Source: Botryllus schlosseri (lineage: Eukaryota). From it: 64,000 nt of DNA. Below the pieces are notes generated by a model that saw only the letters and a program-made list of their open reading frames with translations, did not search any database and was not told the DNA's origin. A program made the position numbers and the translations under genes. Shown piece after piece: positions 36,813 through 50,725 of this stretch (within the stretch, counting starts at the first letter, position 1; every line of letters starts with the position of its first letter). The stretch covers positions 16,618,001-16,682,000 of the forward strand of contig CM119371.1 in NCBI GenBank assembly GCA_051294905.1, written 5' to 3'.

Positions 36813-38408
36813 CAGGGTTGTAATGACTCGAGTCACGAATATTTAGTGACTAGACTCGACTCGAGTCAATATTTGGATTGACTCGACTTGTACTCGAGTC
36901 ATTACGCATGACTCGACCCAAGTCATTGACTCGGCATATTTTATATGACTTGAAGATGAAGAAATTTGCGAATCGTACTGGCTAGATCAACGCATGTGAC
37001 AAATTCTGCCGATATCGCTATTTGTCGCCACTGCTTTCGTTGCACTCGTCTGATATCAGATATGCCGCCGTAAAAACAACAGACAATGTCACATATAGCA
37101 GCGATGCATTGTACAAAATCATCCTGCGATGAAGAGGTATTAGATCCTCCGCAATCTAAGTACTCGAGACTTTTCAATTATACAAGCAAACAATCGAAGC
37201 AAAGTTCAATTAGAGGCAATGAATTGACTCAGATGGCCAAGTACTTGGAAGAGACTGCTAAGGTCATGTGAAGATTTGAAGGCGATGGTTCTTTGCATAA
37301 TTGGGCGACCAGAAATAAAGAGTATCCAATGCTCTTCAATGTGGTTTAAAAATGCTTGTCAATTCCTGTATCTAGTGCACCAGTGGAACGTGTTTCAGTA
37401 GATGTGGATTTATTCTAGGGCCATGCCGCTATAACATATATGAGGATCTCCTTTCCATTTAGTATTTTTGAATTGTAACTCATCATTGATTTGATCGGCT
37501 GTCAGTGAAAACACACAATACACTCCGTCCATTTGACGTTTTGTTAGGTATGTGCATTGTGCACGTGAGTAATAATGAATGGCTAATGCTGTGTGATGTT
37601 TGTACAGTAGGGTTGTTCAAAAATAACTTCTTATTTATTTTACTGGGTGGCTAGTTGGTAAAATTGTTATGTTGCATAAAAAAACACTGAATCTGGCTTA
37701 ATTTTAAAAAGTAGAATCAATGATATGAAAGGAGAAAATTTTACATTTGAAAATAAAGGAAGTGTTTTTGGTGAGAAATAATTTTATATAATATAATTAC
37801 ATTCTAGTGGTAAGCCGGATATTTTTTCATATCCAAAATATTCCACTCTAATAGATTCGCTTTTTCTAGTTTGAATTGAGCCAAATTTGCTATGAATCAT
37901 ATTTTTAGACAATATAACAATATCATGAGGTGGCGGGTAAAATTCGAAAATCTCTGTTTGTAGTTAATCCAAAATTTCCTCTCATATTAGTAACGCTCCG
38001 ACGGCTATTTCGGGAGCTGAACAGGAAAGCTGACCTTTTTTTAGTCAACCACCTGATAATGTGAAAGAAAAACTGTACGTCTACATAAACATGCATCTAT
38101 TGATTCTCTGTCAGCTGGTATCTAGACGTGAATTCGTTGGTTCTATATCAGATAGCATGTAGAATGAATTCGTTGATTCTATATAAGCTATAAGCTAATT
38201 CAGGATTGAAAACACGAGTTGAACATGACTTCAATACTGTGACTTGTACTCGACTCGAGTCATAACGCTATGACTCGGACTTGAGCCTTTAAACGGTGAC
38301 TTGGACTCGGACTCGACTCATTGATGAATTGAAAATGACTCGACTTGACTCGAGTAAAAACCACAAAAGTTACTCGGAACAATGTGACTTGGTTACAATA
38401 CAACCCTG
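36813..38408 (+). mobile_element. Internally deleted hAT transposon with gactcgagtc subterminal arrays and a decayed transposase C-terminus
   Basis: TIR cagggttgta/tacaaccctg; perfect TSD gcataaat; 37280-37480 reads W...KEYPMLF...LSIPVSSAPVERV(F)S..G with stops and frameshift; nested TAGGGTTG fragment from 37608. Confidence 0.92.
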
Positions 38409-39047
38409 GCATAAATATACAGAACCGGTTTTAAATAGTCCTGTTCTTACAATTTGAATCCCGCGGCAATAATGCGACCCAGACTTCAGTAAAATATTGC
38501 ACTCATGAAAAACTGCGAATTTGCAATCCTACGTATCTGACGTGAAGATTTATTTACCTTGATCTGAATCCATTTCGATACTTTTGGACTAGTGACAATC
38601 TTTGTCCGAGTTCACGGATCAACAACATGTTTTCTATTTTCGCCCCCTAAATTTTGGAATCCAACCATTGACCTTACATATGCAACCAAATTCATTTTTT
38701 TGCGTTGATAAATATTTTTAGCGAATATACATAACATTATTATTATTATTATTATCAATTTTGGTTCGTTAGTGAATTGATCGTAGAATGATTCGAGGGC
38801 AGCAATACTGGACTTGGAAAGGGTGAGCGTGTGTATGTATTTGTGTGTGTGTACATCATATGTATTAAGGATATGGTGATGAAATTTCCAGAAAAGCATG
38901 GGGCTCTCGCGGGCTCGTAGAGAGGGTCGAAAACCGTCGTATTTTGCGGAGCTGACAATGTGCTACCACGACCTTTCTAAAATCAAATACTTGGTAGTGC
39001 TCTTGATCTCATGATTTACCTCTCCTTAAAATGTTCATATACCAGAG

Positions 39048-39330
39048 TTGTTGTTGTTTCGCGGTATTCATGGTGTTTGTCGACCACTATTGGTCATTTA
39101 CACCTGGCCAATATTCCTTATTTTTGATTCCGTATCTGCCGACCTGTGGCGCAGCCTACTTCTAGACTTTTTGAAAGACACCGCTTACGCGGATGAGATG
39201 GCGTGGAGGAGCCTAGATAAATCTTCAATATTTAGGTATGAATTCTGGAGTCGACCTCGGTCGAACGCGAGCCCACAACCTTTTGCTGTTGTGGCTTTGG
39301 ATTATACCACTATTCGCTATCTCGCCACAC
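39048..39330 (-). mobile_element. tRNA-derived SINE (family of 7072-7356)
   Basis: Reverse-complement match to 7081-7350 over its full length. Confidence 0.85.
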
Positions 39331-39333
39331 ATA

Positions 39334-40059
39334 GGGGAGATGTGGTACCGATGAGGCACTGGGACCGAAAATACTTGAAAAAGTATCTGTGATAATCCCA
39401 TGATTACAGTACGCGACTTTTGTCTACAATGGCATGTTGGCAAAATCTTTCGTCACATACAAAAAACTTCGACCTGCGTGAATCATGGAGTCTGTGTCCC
39501 ATGGTACCATAGCCAAATCAAGCAAAATATACCTAGACCAATTAATCCCTTAAAAACAGAAACACGCCTACATCTATAGACGCTGTAGATCATAGTTACC
39601 TGTGGTGTTTTATCGCTATTACGAGGTATTTGAAAGTCTAAATGTCGATTTTCCGGTATTATGTATGTGACATTAATTTTGTAAGTTTTCGCGGAAATAA
39701 AAGCGTGCTTTTATCCCAACATTTGAGTTCATATAATCTATTTTATTCTTAAAGTTGGCTTAGAATATAGTACACAACGAAACAAGTTGAAAAATCTGAG
39801 TTTTGAGCGTATGTCTCATAGGTCCCATGGTCGCGTGTGCCATTTGACCCACCGGGTGGGCACCGATGATACGTTCGAGCAACAAATTTTAAACGTTAAT
39901 CAATATTTGTTGACAAGGAGGATATCCCTGTAAATGTCCGTGATAGTCAGAGCTTGTATCAAAGTGTTGAGACCAGCAAAAGATCCGCTATTCTTGCCTG
40001 AAGATGTGAGTACCAGAGATTATTTTGCAATTTTTGATCAATCGGTACCACATCTCCCT
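39334..40059. mobile_element. MITE with TA target duplication (Tc1/mariner-pogo type inferred)
   Basis: TIR ggggagatgtggtaccgat/atcggtaccacatctccct flanked by TA. Confidence 0.75.
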
Positions 40060-40119
40060 TATACGAGAGTATTCTTCATTAGGTGTCGCCATTGTACCAA
40101 TCTCCTACACAAGCCTAAC

Positions 40120-40305
40120 TTTAGGATGGCCCAACGGCCGACTATGTACTAGTTTAGAAAGAAGTTTTTCAACCTCATGAAATTTATTAGCTGGCCATAC
40201 CTGTAACAGGTAGTTTGAGTCATCATTTCCGATGATTGCATCTGTTGCAATAGCTTCAATATCAATTCCTGACCCGGTAACAGTAATTGTCTTTATTCGA
40301 AGATC
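40120..40305 (-). CDS. Phase-0 repeat exon (DLRIKTITVTGSGIDIEAIA...); donor may instead be at 40201
   Basis: tgcag acceptor, open frame. Confidence 0.55.
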
Positions 40306-41248
40306 CTGCATTTAATACTGCATTTAATCATTTGTTGATATTTCGGATGCGTAGCAGCAAAAGAATTTGAATGAATAATACATAAAAGCTAGGTAAGAGA
40401 TCTGAATCATTCCTACATAGTAGTTCTTAGGGATATGTCACCTCCTTGGCGGCTTGAGTTGTTCATGTTATTCATAAATACATATAGTTGGAACAGTTAC
40501 AATCAGGTTACTTCAGTTCCTATATTTCCAAACCTTGTTTTGTAGGGTAATAGCTTCCAGCATGTCGATTTGCTCTTTCGTCGTCTTCCGAGTTTCTTCC
40601 ATAGTCAAATTCTTGAATACACAACATGATTATTTCATGCGACACATATATAGTTAGTGTTTTGTGTGGTAAAAACGACCGGAGAGAAGTTTAGTCCCAA
40701 ACTGAGACTATTCAGGGTTTGCAATATCCACATGAATGACCATATCTGTATCATCACCACATCTGTATCATCTGTATCTGTACATTAGTTATAAATATTG
40801 CTGTATTTCCTGCAATATCTGTAGGTATGAATGTATAAAATTGTGATGGTATTTGTCTACCATTGGCTCTTCTGTACCGAGTCTGTGCGAGGTATAATAA
40901 ATCAGATAAGTCAAGTCTGTATACGTAATTATACGGTCAGAGCAACTATAACACTGGTCAAAATTTTTTTGATTAGTGCCAGAGATATTTTAGTGGTTTC
41001 TTGGTAATTTTGGGGGGCTCCTTCTATTTTACTTGGGTAGCAGCATTGCATGCATGATCATTTACCGTAATTGCATTGAAAGACATACATCCACTTTCTA
41101 CTTCTATATTATTTTGTGTCGCGGTAAGGTTGATGTTTGGAAATGCCATACTTGTACAGGAAATGTGTTTATTTATAGCACATTAATCCATTTTCTGTGC
41201 AATATTTGAGTTTACGTGCTCGGAAAATATATCGAAAATGCGTCCTAC

Positions 41249-41431
41249 CATTATTTTGTCGTACAGATCTTTGTTTTTCATTCCGCTAAGACTCCCAAGA
41301 ACGTCGTCCTGGATCACTTCGATTTCACATTGTCCAATTTTCATGATTTTGGGGCGGTCCACTGATAGAGATTCCAGGACGCTTTTCAAACCTCTCACTT
41401 TGATGTGGTCGATTTTGCCAAATAATTCCCC
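41249..41431 (-). CDS. Phase-0 repeat exon (GELFGKIDHIKVRGLKSVLESL...)
   Basis: tttcag/gtagga boundaries, 183 nt open. Confidence 0.7.
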
Positions 41432-42531
41432 CTGAAATATGGTTAAAATAGACATTTGTTTGATCAAAAACAGCGGACGGCCATCGAAAGTGATTGGGAT
41501 TTTTTGTTAATTACTAGGCCTATTCGTGAAATCGCATTCCGTGATTTAGTAATCATGAAACAACCAATACGACAATTTTCATTGAAGCTATCTATTTCAT
41601 GATTAGGAAAAGTCATTGAAGAGTGACGACAGTTTTCGGTCCTTTTTAATTTTTAGATTTCGTCAAAGATTGCTGAAAATCGTGTCATGCTATGTCAATT
41701 GCTAGTGACGCGGGGATTTCTTAGGTGATGTTGCGAAAATCGAAAAGCTCATTGTTCGTATTCTAAGAAATTGTTTTGCTTGCTGTAATCGTGATCATAC
41801 GCCGTCACAAACAATTGCATCACTTTTCCTTTTTGATTTCGCTTTAAAATCTGTTCAAATCCCTTTAGTATGCCGTTAACTCTTGCTAAATAGTCACAGA
41901 AAACACGTCAATTTTCAACCTCCTGTCTGGCTGCGTGTTTAAGATGTTTGCGTTTCAGCAGTCATTAATGTCATTAGGAATATTTGACTCATTACGACGC
42001 GACAGTTCCAGAATATCACACCATGATATTACGGGAATTTGGTGGTAAATTCGAATATATCGAGGGTAATTTTTCGTTGGTAGCATTTGTAAATTTGTAA
42101 TGGTTTGTCAGAGCCCTGGAACAATTTATCTCCATTTCAACAAACCATCACGGTAACACGGCCCATAGCATACTTTGCTACTCCACGGTCTGATAAGTTC
42201 ACAATTTCACTCATCTTACTAGATGCGGGGCCGAGACGAGTATCAGTGAGGAAAAAAATCCTTTTTTCACTCACAACAGGGATTGTGCGATATTTTCAGG
42301 GAAATACTCTAGAATCACTCTATTGATTGGATTGATGCATTTTTTCGATAATTCAGTGGAATTCTACTTGTTTGTGACACGTTGATGCAGACAGAGAATG
42401 ATGTTTTGCAAACGGGATTGGTTTGTATGTCGACTAAAAATCTGCCGTTTAATATATTAGAGCTCCCTAATTCCGTATGGTATTTGCACTTTACCGATAA
42501 TTATCGAATTTCACCAAATGTCAAGTCTTAC

Positions 42532-42675
42532 ACTGTGCTTGCCAGAACATCGCCCTGTTCTGAATTCAAATTCATCTTGAAATACCATCTCTTTAATCTG
42601 GCCAGTACGTAGCAGCTCATAATAGGCCTTGAAGACTTCGACGTCGAGAGGTGCTTGGACTTGCAGCGATGATAT
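42532..42675 (-). CDS. Phase-0 repeat exon (ISSLQVQAPLDVEVFKAYYELL...)
   Basis: tttttcag/gtaaga boundaries, 144 nt open. Confidence 0.7.
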
Positions 42676-43012
42676 CTGAAAAAAGATCCTATCGAGTCAG
42701 CGATGATAACTCATACACTGAAGTAAAAACTGGATGCTGCAGTTCATAGTCCGAAGTCCGAAGTTCGCGCAATTACTTGATGGTCTGTAAAGTTTGAGTT
42801 TACTGGATCCCAAACGTATATTCAATGAGAGTGACAACGACAATGCTTGGTATGATCGCCATTGATCCACTTCACGCAAAGGGTTTTGCTTCAGTTCTAT
42901 AGCTTTGAATCTCAGTGATATAAACTGCGCTACTTATATCCGTTGATAAGCACCAATAAGCTCCGAAAATATAATATTGAATGTGGATTTACAATCTATT
43001 CTCTATGCTTAC

Positions 43013-43204
43013 GTTCCATATCGTCGCGTTGGAAGCCAATATATCTTTCAATCTCGCAGCTTGATCTTCGAATTCACTTCTCTTAAAGTAGCAAATCCCG
43101 ATCCATAATACCCAATTCGATCGGACATCTCCTACTGGGCTCATTTTATCATTGATATCAAACAACGATTCTACACTCAGGATGCTGATTGAGATTTCTT
43201 GAAT
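43013..43204 (-). CDS. Phase-0 repeat exon (IQEISISILSVESLFDINDK...)
   Basis: tctag/gtaagc boundaries, 192 nt open. Confidence 0.7.
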
Positions 43205-46200
43205 CTAGATAGCAAACACGATTTCAGTACAAATTATCCAACCGCCAATGTCACATGCATTATGACACAATATTCGATTTGAACTTTAAATTATGGATCA
43301 AGCGGTAACATAAATTTCAACTCGTAAGTGCAATAACTATTGTTGTGATATACCTCACGGAATTTGTTTTTAAATATTATGATAACAACATCTCTAATAG
43401 GCCACTAGCCTACTTGTCATGCTATGCTGCCGAGTATAGTTACAAGCCTATGTATGTAGGATGAGTGCTAGGTTTTTATGGTGCTTGAAAACCAATGTTA
43501 TATTCTTCCTTATATTCCAATTTTTTTTTAAATGACTGCTCAAGTCAGATTGAAGTCACCTTTTTGAATAACGTGACTTGACTCGTGTGACGGCCTAAAA
43601 TGAGGATTGGCATGTATAAATTTTGGATGGATAATAATTTCAAATCAATTTTAACTAGTAATGACCAGATCATGAATATCAGTTTTATTAATAAAGCGTA
43701 CAGAATATTCAATTTTCAATAGCGTTTTTGATTAGCCTTATCGCTCAGTAGTGACATCACAGGTGTATTTGATGCACTTCTGAACAGTTTGGCAGGCATT
43801 ATCATAACATTGCAGCCATCATGCCAAGCTTTGTCCGATACATATCATTTGTGTGAAACTAGTTGAACATCAGTGAGGTATACACATCCCTTAATTCACC
43901 TTAGGCAATATGTTTAGATTATCTTACCGTATTGTTTTGATCATGTTTAAACCCTATTTCCGTTCCAGCATGTGATTGTATTTTGGAAACTTTCAAAAAT
44001 CGTGATTCATTCTTGATGCTGAGTAGCAACGCATAGATAAAGTTTCCCTCAACCACCACCTCGTTGACCTGACAAAGTAAGCATTCGATTCACTTACAAA
44101 TCAAAGGAAACATTTTACAGTCATTTGATTTTTCCCATTACAGGAGATGATTGATGCTGAATACTGGGGTGAACAATTTGTTCCATCCGGGCGTTTGAAT
44201 CCATTTCACTACTCGCACCAAGACAGTGGCTCCCAACTACACTGTGAACAAAATCATGGATTCGAACATGAAATGTCATCTCATGTTAATTCCATGAAAA
44301 CGCGTACATGATTTTCAAAACCCATGTTCGGACAGGAAAATACTTTCTTCATGTCTATGAGAATATGACAGCCCCCTTAAATGTTAGTATTCCTGAACCA
44401 GATACGTATCAGCAGATAATTATATTCAAATATCCAGCAATCCGCTGCACGACGTCAGGCGTGACGGATTACCAGAGGTGGTCAAAGTAGTGAATAAAGC
44501 TACTCGAGTAGAAGTAGCGACGAAACAATCTACTCATGTACGATTAGAAGTACTTCGTCCACAAGCCACCTAAGACTGCTTGAAGTAGAAGTAGAATTGA
44601 CTGACTTAAAATCTACAAAAGTAAGTAAGGAGTCTTGAAAACAGTCTTAATTCGTTCGCATGGACTGTCAAAAGCTGCAAATTGAGATATGCAGAAGTGA
44701 CAGAGAGCTTGATTCGTATTGATGCATCCCAGGAGGTATCAATCTTCGACAGAATAAGCATTTTTCCGCATCATGGGATGCAAATCATAGTATTGATATG
44801 AAAATGCAACATGTAACCCTTTGTTTACTAGAAGACCCCATTTTGTAGAATATCATGGCATGGCGCCTTACCCCATATTATAAGGCCCCAAGTTTAGGCG
44901 GAGAGCAATACAGAAAAGTTGTATCTTATACGGTTTCAACCGTTTGCGCGATGAGTAAACGTTAATAGCAAATGTTGTGGATCGTCAAATTTATATTTAG
45001 TGTAGCTTTATTTTCGGGTATTAGAGGAATTACTGCACTTGCTTTTATGCTTCAACATGTATGTTCTGCAGACAGAAGAGCTGAAAGTAATTAGAATTCA
45101 ACGTATGATACTCGGAATTGAAAGTGAAATACAAATACCACTTCTAAAAAGCGGAAATATAATTCATGTCTTTTGTCCATAAAGCTTCAAAGGTGATCTG
45201 CTAAAACAGGTGTAACGTTAAAAAAGCCAGACTTTCCAGATTAGCAGGAAACGTCATTGGATGCTAGATTACCATATGAGAGGTAATTGCTAGATTGCGA
45301 ATCTGCAGTTTGAAACGTTATGGTGAGCCATATTTACTGTAATGACATATTCGATATGGGCGACAACGCGGTGTGAGCAGAACCAAACAATCCGGCACCT
45401 AAATTATATTAACTAATACTTTCGTGAAAACATAATTGTCAATCCATAACTACTGTGCGCTAAGCGCAACAAAATCTATGCGCTTTATTCGACGTTTATG
45501 AATATTAAAGGGGCACTGCACTCTACAAATGATGTGGTCTCAAATTGAAGGGCGAAACGAAAAAAATTTAGGCCGCAGCCGTTTTCATCAGGACGCCACC
45601 GCAATGGAGCCTGAATTTATTGCAATTTTCAGAAGAACTTCACGCTCCAGCAGTCACGCAGAGATCAAACTTTATATAGTTGTCAGCCGATGTTATGAAG
45701 GAAATAGATATATCAGGTATAAACATGGGTGTCAGTAAGTGTTGTTTCATGTCTAGACACACAGGCGGGACCAGTTCTAGACTACGAGTACAACTTGGTT
45801 TATTTTTTATATTGAGGAGTCCACTTACTGGGACTTCGTATAAGACGGTTTCTTGGGATTTTTAGTGATTAGATCGAGCATAAAAAGGCACAATTAATTT
45901 CTATGTTCACATCAATGTAAGGCAAATCTTATGGGCCAAGTAAAATATGATCTTGGTACTGCGTATACAAATAAGTGGTATACACCATCTTCTTACATAT
46001 ATTCAGTTACTGCTATTTTACGGGGATTTCATGACAGTTGCAGTTATAAAAGTGATGGAAATTGCCCTAGAAACTATATTTCACTACCTAAAATTCAAAG
46101 TCAAATGAGCAACTAGTTTTAGCGTGGACGGACGGTCGTAAAAATGGATTGAATAATTGCTACCATTTTTCGATAGTGATTTGAATTTGCCTTTCACCAC

Positions 46201-46449
46201 TATGTTAGTGTCAGCTTTCAGGGTTGAATTCAATATTAAATATTTTAACATCTGTGGTATTTATTTCTACTCCATGCCAATATTCCTGAGGGGCATACAT
46301 ACAAAACGGTATACATATACGTGCTAGGATTTTTTGGGACACTGTTTTTCGTATTAAAACCTGTAACTCATCGGCGTTGAAGTAATGAGACGTATTTACA
46401 TATGAAGGCTACTGTCTACAATAAAGAAGAAACTATTATTCATATAGAC

Positions 46450-47570
46450 CTGCAATTTAACAGCTTTTGTGTTTTCCCCGACATTGGTGAAGCTTTCGAA
46501 AACTTTCTTGAAATGTGCAAGGTGCTCTTGCGGTAGGATCAGTCTCTCCACGCGAAAAACAGAACGTTTTTCGAGAAAAGGCGACACGCTTCTGAACAAC
46601 TGCCCAAATTCATCCACCGTCATTTCCAGAACGGTAATAACACCCGCCTGCGAAGGAAATAATACATAATCATACATCAATGTAATTTTCAAGAATAACG
46701 AATAATTCTAAAATTACGATACCTTATTTTTATCGATGACAATATGCAGCGATGGAAGCTGCAGATTGAGCTTATTCCAGGTTATTCCTTGAATCAATCG
46801 ATTCAAATGAACTATTTCGTCAACGTTCTCAACAGCCAGATGCAAGTCATCAATCTGATAATAATTAATGGAGATGATCGTTCCAGACTGTCGTCGTTTC
46901 TGTAATAAACACGTCTACAACCTGGGATATGTTCGATGCCAATTCCTGCAATGACGATATCTCACTGAGATTCAATGAGCAGTAACCGACTCTTGTCTTA
47001 GGTGTCTTTAACAGTGATTGAATATATTTCAGATCTTCAATTGTCTCGCTTTCAAGATTCAGTACTTCATAGTTCCATTCATTTGTAGGCTGAAATAGAC
47101 ATTTGGTAGAATTAGATTATTCCTACAAGCAGTTTGATATTACCGAGAGCAAAGTTACGCGATCAGTGCAGTGCCGATGAAACGATAAAAACCCGATCTG
47201 AATCATGCGGGCGTCGGAACTTTGAAACATGGATTTCACAATGTCCGAATAACGCGTTGCTTCGCTCCTTTGTAGATCCTCGTATGTTTGTGTCCGGCAA
47301 ACATCAGTTGTATGAAACAGTGTTATGGTATCCACCTTTCATTAGTATAATCATGAACAGCCCAACCGGTTTCCGTTAGTTTCGATATGCACCCACCTTT
47401 TTCTCTCCGTTTTTGATAATGTATTGGGCCGTTATTAAGTCGTCATAAACATGAAGTTTTTTGCATCCGAGCTTAATCATGAAAGGAACGATATGGTCAT
47501 ATGCTGCATGATCGCGCTGTATCTCGAGACTACGCTGCACTCGGATGGTAGCTGGATATCTATGTCTATC
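46450..47570 (-). CDS. Five consecutive phase-0 repeat exons: 47397-47570, 47144-47335, 46922-47089, 46723-46854, 46450-46647
   Basis: All AG/GT bounded, lengths multiples of 3 (174, 192, 168, 132, 198), open, separated by 54-75 nt introns; e.g. IDDLHLAVENVDEIVHLNRLIQGITWNKLNLQL. Confidence 0.78.
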
Positions 47571-48605
47571 CTGAACGTCAACAAAAATATTTTTGTACAT
47601 GAAACATCCATCATGATAATGATCGACAGATTGGCTGTGGTGACGCTCTATTGCAAATTATTCATGTAAAAACGTCAATCACCCCATCAGTTTCGAATTC
47701 AACACTGATATTAAATTCTCTTGTAACGATTTCATTCCAAACGCCGCTTTCAACCAGAGATACCAACGCTGAGGATGCTGTGAACGTCTTACACGTGACG
47801 AGGCGGGACGGTTGATGACGATTGATGTCATATGCAGGGTATCTCTGAAAGACAATGTAACTTCGTTCTCCATCTATACGAGTGATGTATAGGGTACCAC
47901 TTGCACAACGAATATTTATACAGAGTTGACATCAAAGCGAATAATTTCCTATACATATGAAATACGCACAATTAAGTATGTGAATACTGCAAGAAAATAT
48001 ACAAATAACGCCCCGTAAATATAAAAGATCAAAATACCATTCTACATCTACTAGGTAGATAAATCCTACATTGTGGACGCTTGTACTTATTTTAAGCTAC
48101 AAAGGAAGCGACAGTTTCAGATTTACGATTTGCGTAAGAATAATAGTGCGGCATCGATTGCTGTATCAGTCACTCTTATAAGTTACTAAGTCAAAGACTC
48201 AAATGAAATAGCTTGTCAAATATTTCCCATGTACCTATAAAATCGAATCGATAGAATATTCATCTTTAGCTTAATTGTTCCGTGTACTTTGTGTGTGTGT
48301 CTTGAGAGAATTAACATTTTTTCTGACCATAGATCCTCATTTTCAGTTTGCACTGTTGCACTATGTTAAAGTTATTTACCCGCTTTCTTTACTTACAGAG
48401 AGCGATAAAACTGTGCAGAATCAGGATGTTGAAGCCAAGTTGTACCTTTGGTAAATATCTTTAGAATAGGCCAAAGTATAGTATAAATTAGGCTGTCGCA
48501 GTAGTTGGGTTTCACGGGAGTGACATTAAATAGTTTCCTTGTGGTACAGAATTTGAATATTGCAACGAACAACACATTCATATTCGCAATTTATTCACTC
48601 TGCGC

Positions 48606-49026
48606 CAGTGGTTATCAACCTGACTTCAAGGTGGTACGCGAGTATATCCGTTTTTTTTTGACCGAAGGGAGTTATTAGTTCACGTGGGGTTGATTTTGAG
48701 TTTTATGAAGCTGTCGTCGTCGTGGTTAGTTCTTCGTCCTGATTTGGGGCAATCCCACCAATGACGAGCTACGGGAAAGAGATCTAGTCGTAGAGCAAAT
48801 TTCGTTTTTATATATTTGACCACAAGAATTCCAAATGGATCCACTACAGAAATCATATACTGCGCCTTAAAATGGACAGTTCATTTTCCGTTTCGCTGTC
48901 TACGGCAGCTCGACATGGAGGAAATATTTTGACTGCCTTCGGTGCGAGTAATTTATGTAGGTGGTACGCGAGCACTGCATAAAACCTCGAAATGGTACGT
49001 GGGCGCAAAAAGGTTTGGAACCCCTG
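48606..49026. mobile_element. hAT MITE inserted in the Penelope 3' end
   Basis: Ends cagtggttatcaacc/ggtttggaacccctg; splits a sequence that is contiguous in the inverted copy. Confidence 0.75.
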
Positions 49027-49415
49027 CTCTAACTGACCCTCGTCGGGAGTGGCCGTCAGTAAATACGGAGATTGCAATTCGAAATTTAAAAAGATGAAAT
49101 AGGTAGTGTGACGTAAGAATGGTATAATAACACCAACAACAACAACGAGATAATTCACAAAACGAGAGCAATTAGTGCACTACAAATGGCTATAATATAC
49201 AGCCAGAGACGCAACACTAATGAAATACACGGAGAGAATAGAGCCGGTCCTTTGGCCGACAAAGAATCGGTTGCTCGAGTTTTATTATAGTCGATTCGAG
49301 AACCTTTAAATGGAACAGACTACGTCCGCGAGCAAGAATTGAGAATCTGCTATCGTTATACGATTTTGCACACATCTTTATATTTCTAATTGCAATCTCC
49401 GTATTTACTGACGGC

Positions 49416-49451
49416 CACTCCCGATGAGGGTCAGTTGACACGCTTAGAGTG
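49416..49451 (+). ncRNA. Degenerate minimal type I hammerhead ribozyme motif (probably inactive)
   Basis: cactc-cCGATGA-gg-gtca gt tgac-acgc-tta-gagtg followed by aataaa; stem I intact, core U changed to C, GAAA missing. Confidence 0.5.
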
Positions 49452-49727
49452 AATAAATTGCGAATATGAATGTGTTGCTCGTTGGAAGTGACAGTCTGAT
49501 CACAATTACAAACATTTCAAATGAGCGGTGATATCAATATGTATTTTCACACGTTTGCAATATTTTGCATGAGGAAAGGCTCGTCTATTAACGCTATACC
49601 GGGAAATACAAGTTAGAATTAAAGCAATTCTGTTGCATTTTACAATCATGTTACTGGACCATTGACCAACCAAAATACTGATACAATTGATAAATTTGAA
49701 AATGCCATCTCAGAAGTAGGCTAATAC

Positions 49728-49862
49728 CGGATGCTTTTGCGGTCGAGCTGTCACGTCTCCGTAGTTCAAAATGTCAACTTGAATGCTGCTGTCTGTTTTC
49801 GTCATCAGCTCCTTTATTTCGTTTGGTAAATGCGTCTGCTCTGGGCAAGTCAATTCCTTAAC
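49728..49862 (-). CDS. Phase-0 repeat exon (VKELTCPEQTHLPNEIKELM...)
   Basis: ggcag/gtatta boundaries, 135 nt open. Confidence 0.68.
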
Positions 49863-50530
49863 CTGCCCACACAATTTAAAAAAGGACAAGTATTGAGTTT
49901 AAATGAAAATTAGCGATGATAAGTATATTGTACGGGATTTATAACAGAAACACTAATACAGGGACCGAACATTTTTCGTCAAAAAGTCACATTGTCCGTA
50001 TATTTTCGATATATAGGCCTACATACAACAACGTTGATTAACTGGTCCGAGAAAATTAAAAATTGGTGACTTCACTGTGCTACGAAATTTACTTTCACAA
50101 CATGGGATTGGTCGCACGCGACATGATGTCTGTGTTAAAACTGATGTGATGCTATGGCACCGTTACCCATACTTACTAGATCAAATACTATTCATTGGGT
50201 TGATAAGTGAGTGATGTTTACCGTGGAAAAATATTTTGAAAAACGAGCCCCACAAGATTGACCTCACAGTGACTTGTCTCAGCTACTCCAAGAAATATGA
50301 TACTAGTCGATATGAAAATTTACGTTGCAGCAATATTGATAAATAAGATGACAATGGAGCGCAAAATTGTAAAGTATGCCAACAAGTTGCAGTAGTAATA
50401 AAACAAAACTATTTCAGTACTCTGATTAAACAGAAGCACTTCGTAACTGTCCTTCTAGGCTGTTCTGCTCTTTAATCACGTGCCGACGGATGGCATGACT
50501 AAAGTTCCGACACCATGACCACAAATTTAC

Positions 50531-50725
50531 CTTTAAAACGCATTTGTTGCCGTCCTCTGGCAACTTTACTATTTTCTCAAGGAGCGACCTAGTGCCTTGT
50601 TTCGACAGGTTTTCCATGTTTACACGTTGCACTTGTATATACGCGCCTCCACGTGTGAAATGGAAGAGGTCGTGTATAACGCCTATGGTCGTTTCGTCCA
50701 AATCTTTGACGTCCAGGCGTTTGGT
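50531..50725 (-). CDS. Phase-0 repeat exon (TKRLDVKDLDETTIGVIHDLF...)
   Basis: ttttgtag/gtaaat boundaries, 195 nt open. Confidence 0.72.

Larger units (their letters stand above)
48562..49485 (-). mobile_element. Penelope-like element remnant: GIY-YIG C-terminus, 3' pseudo-LTR and an inverted copy of it
   Basis: 49217-49375 reads FSILARGRSLFHLKVLESTIIKLEQPILCR, typical of PLE endonuclease C-termini; 49375-49485 is the reverse complement of 49030-49095 plus 48562-48601. Confidence 0.8.

Noticed and set aside
36823..36935. CRISPR-like array (gactcgagtc; also gattac arrays at 5880-6020 and 8270-8390)
   Set aside because: Irregular 5-10 bp motifs without unique spacers, located next to hAT TIRs in eukaryotic DNA; these are subterminal transposase-binding repeats
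39345..39375. Hammerhead-like cCGATGA-gg...cc-GAAA
   Set aside because: Overlaps the TIR of a TA-target MITE; core mismatch and no stem I
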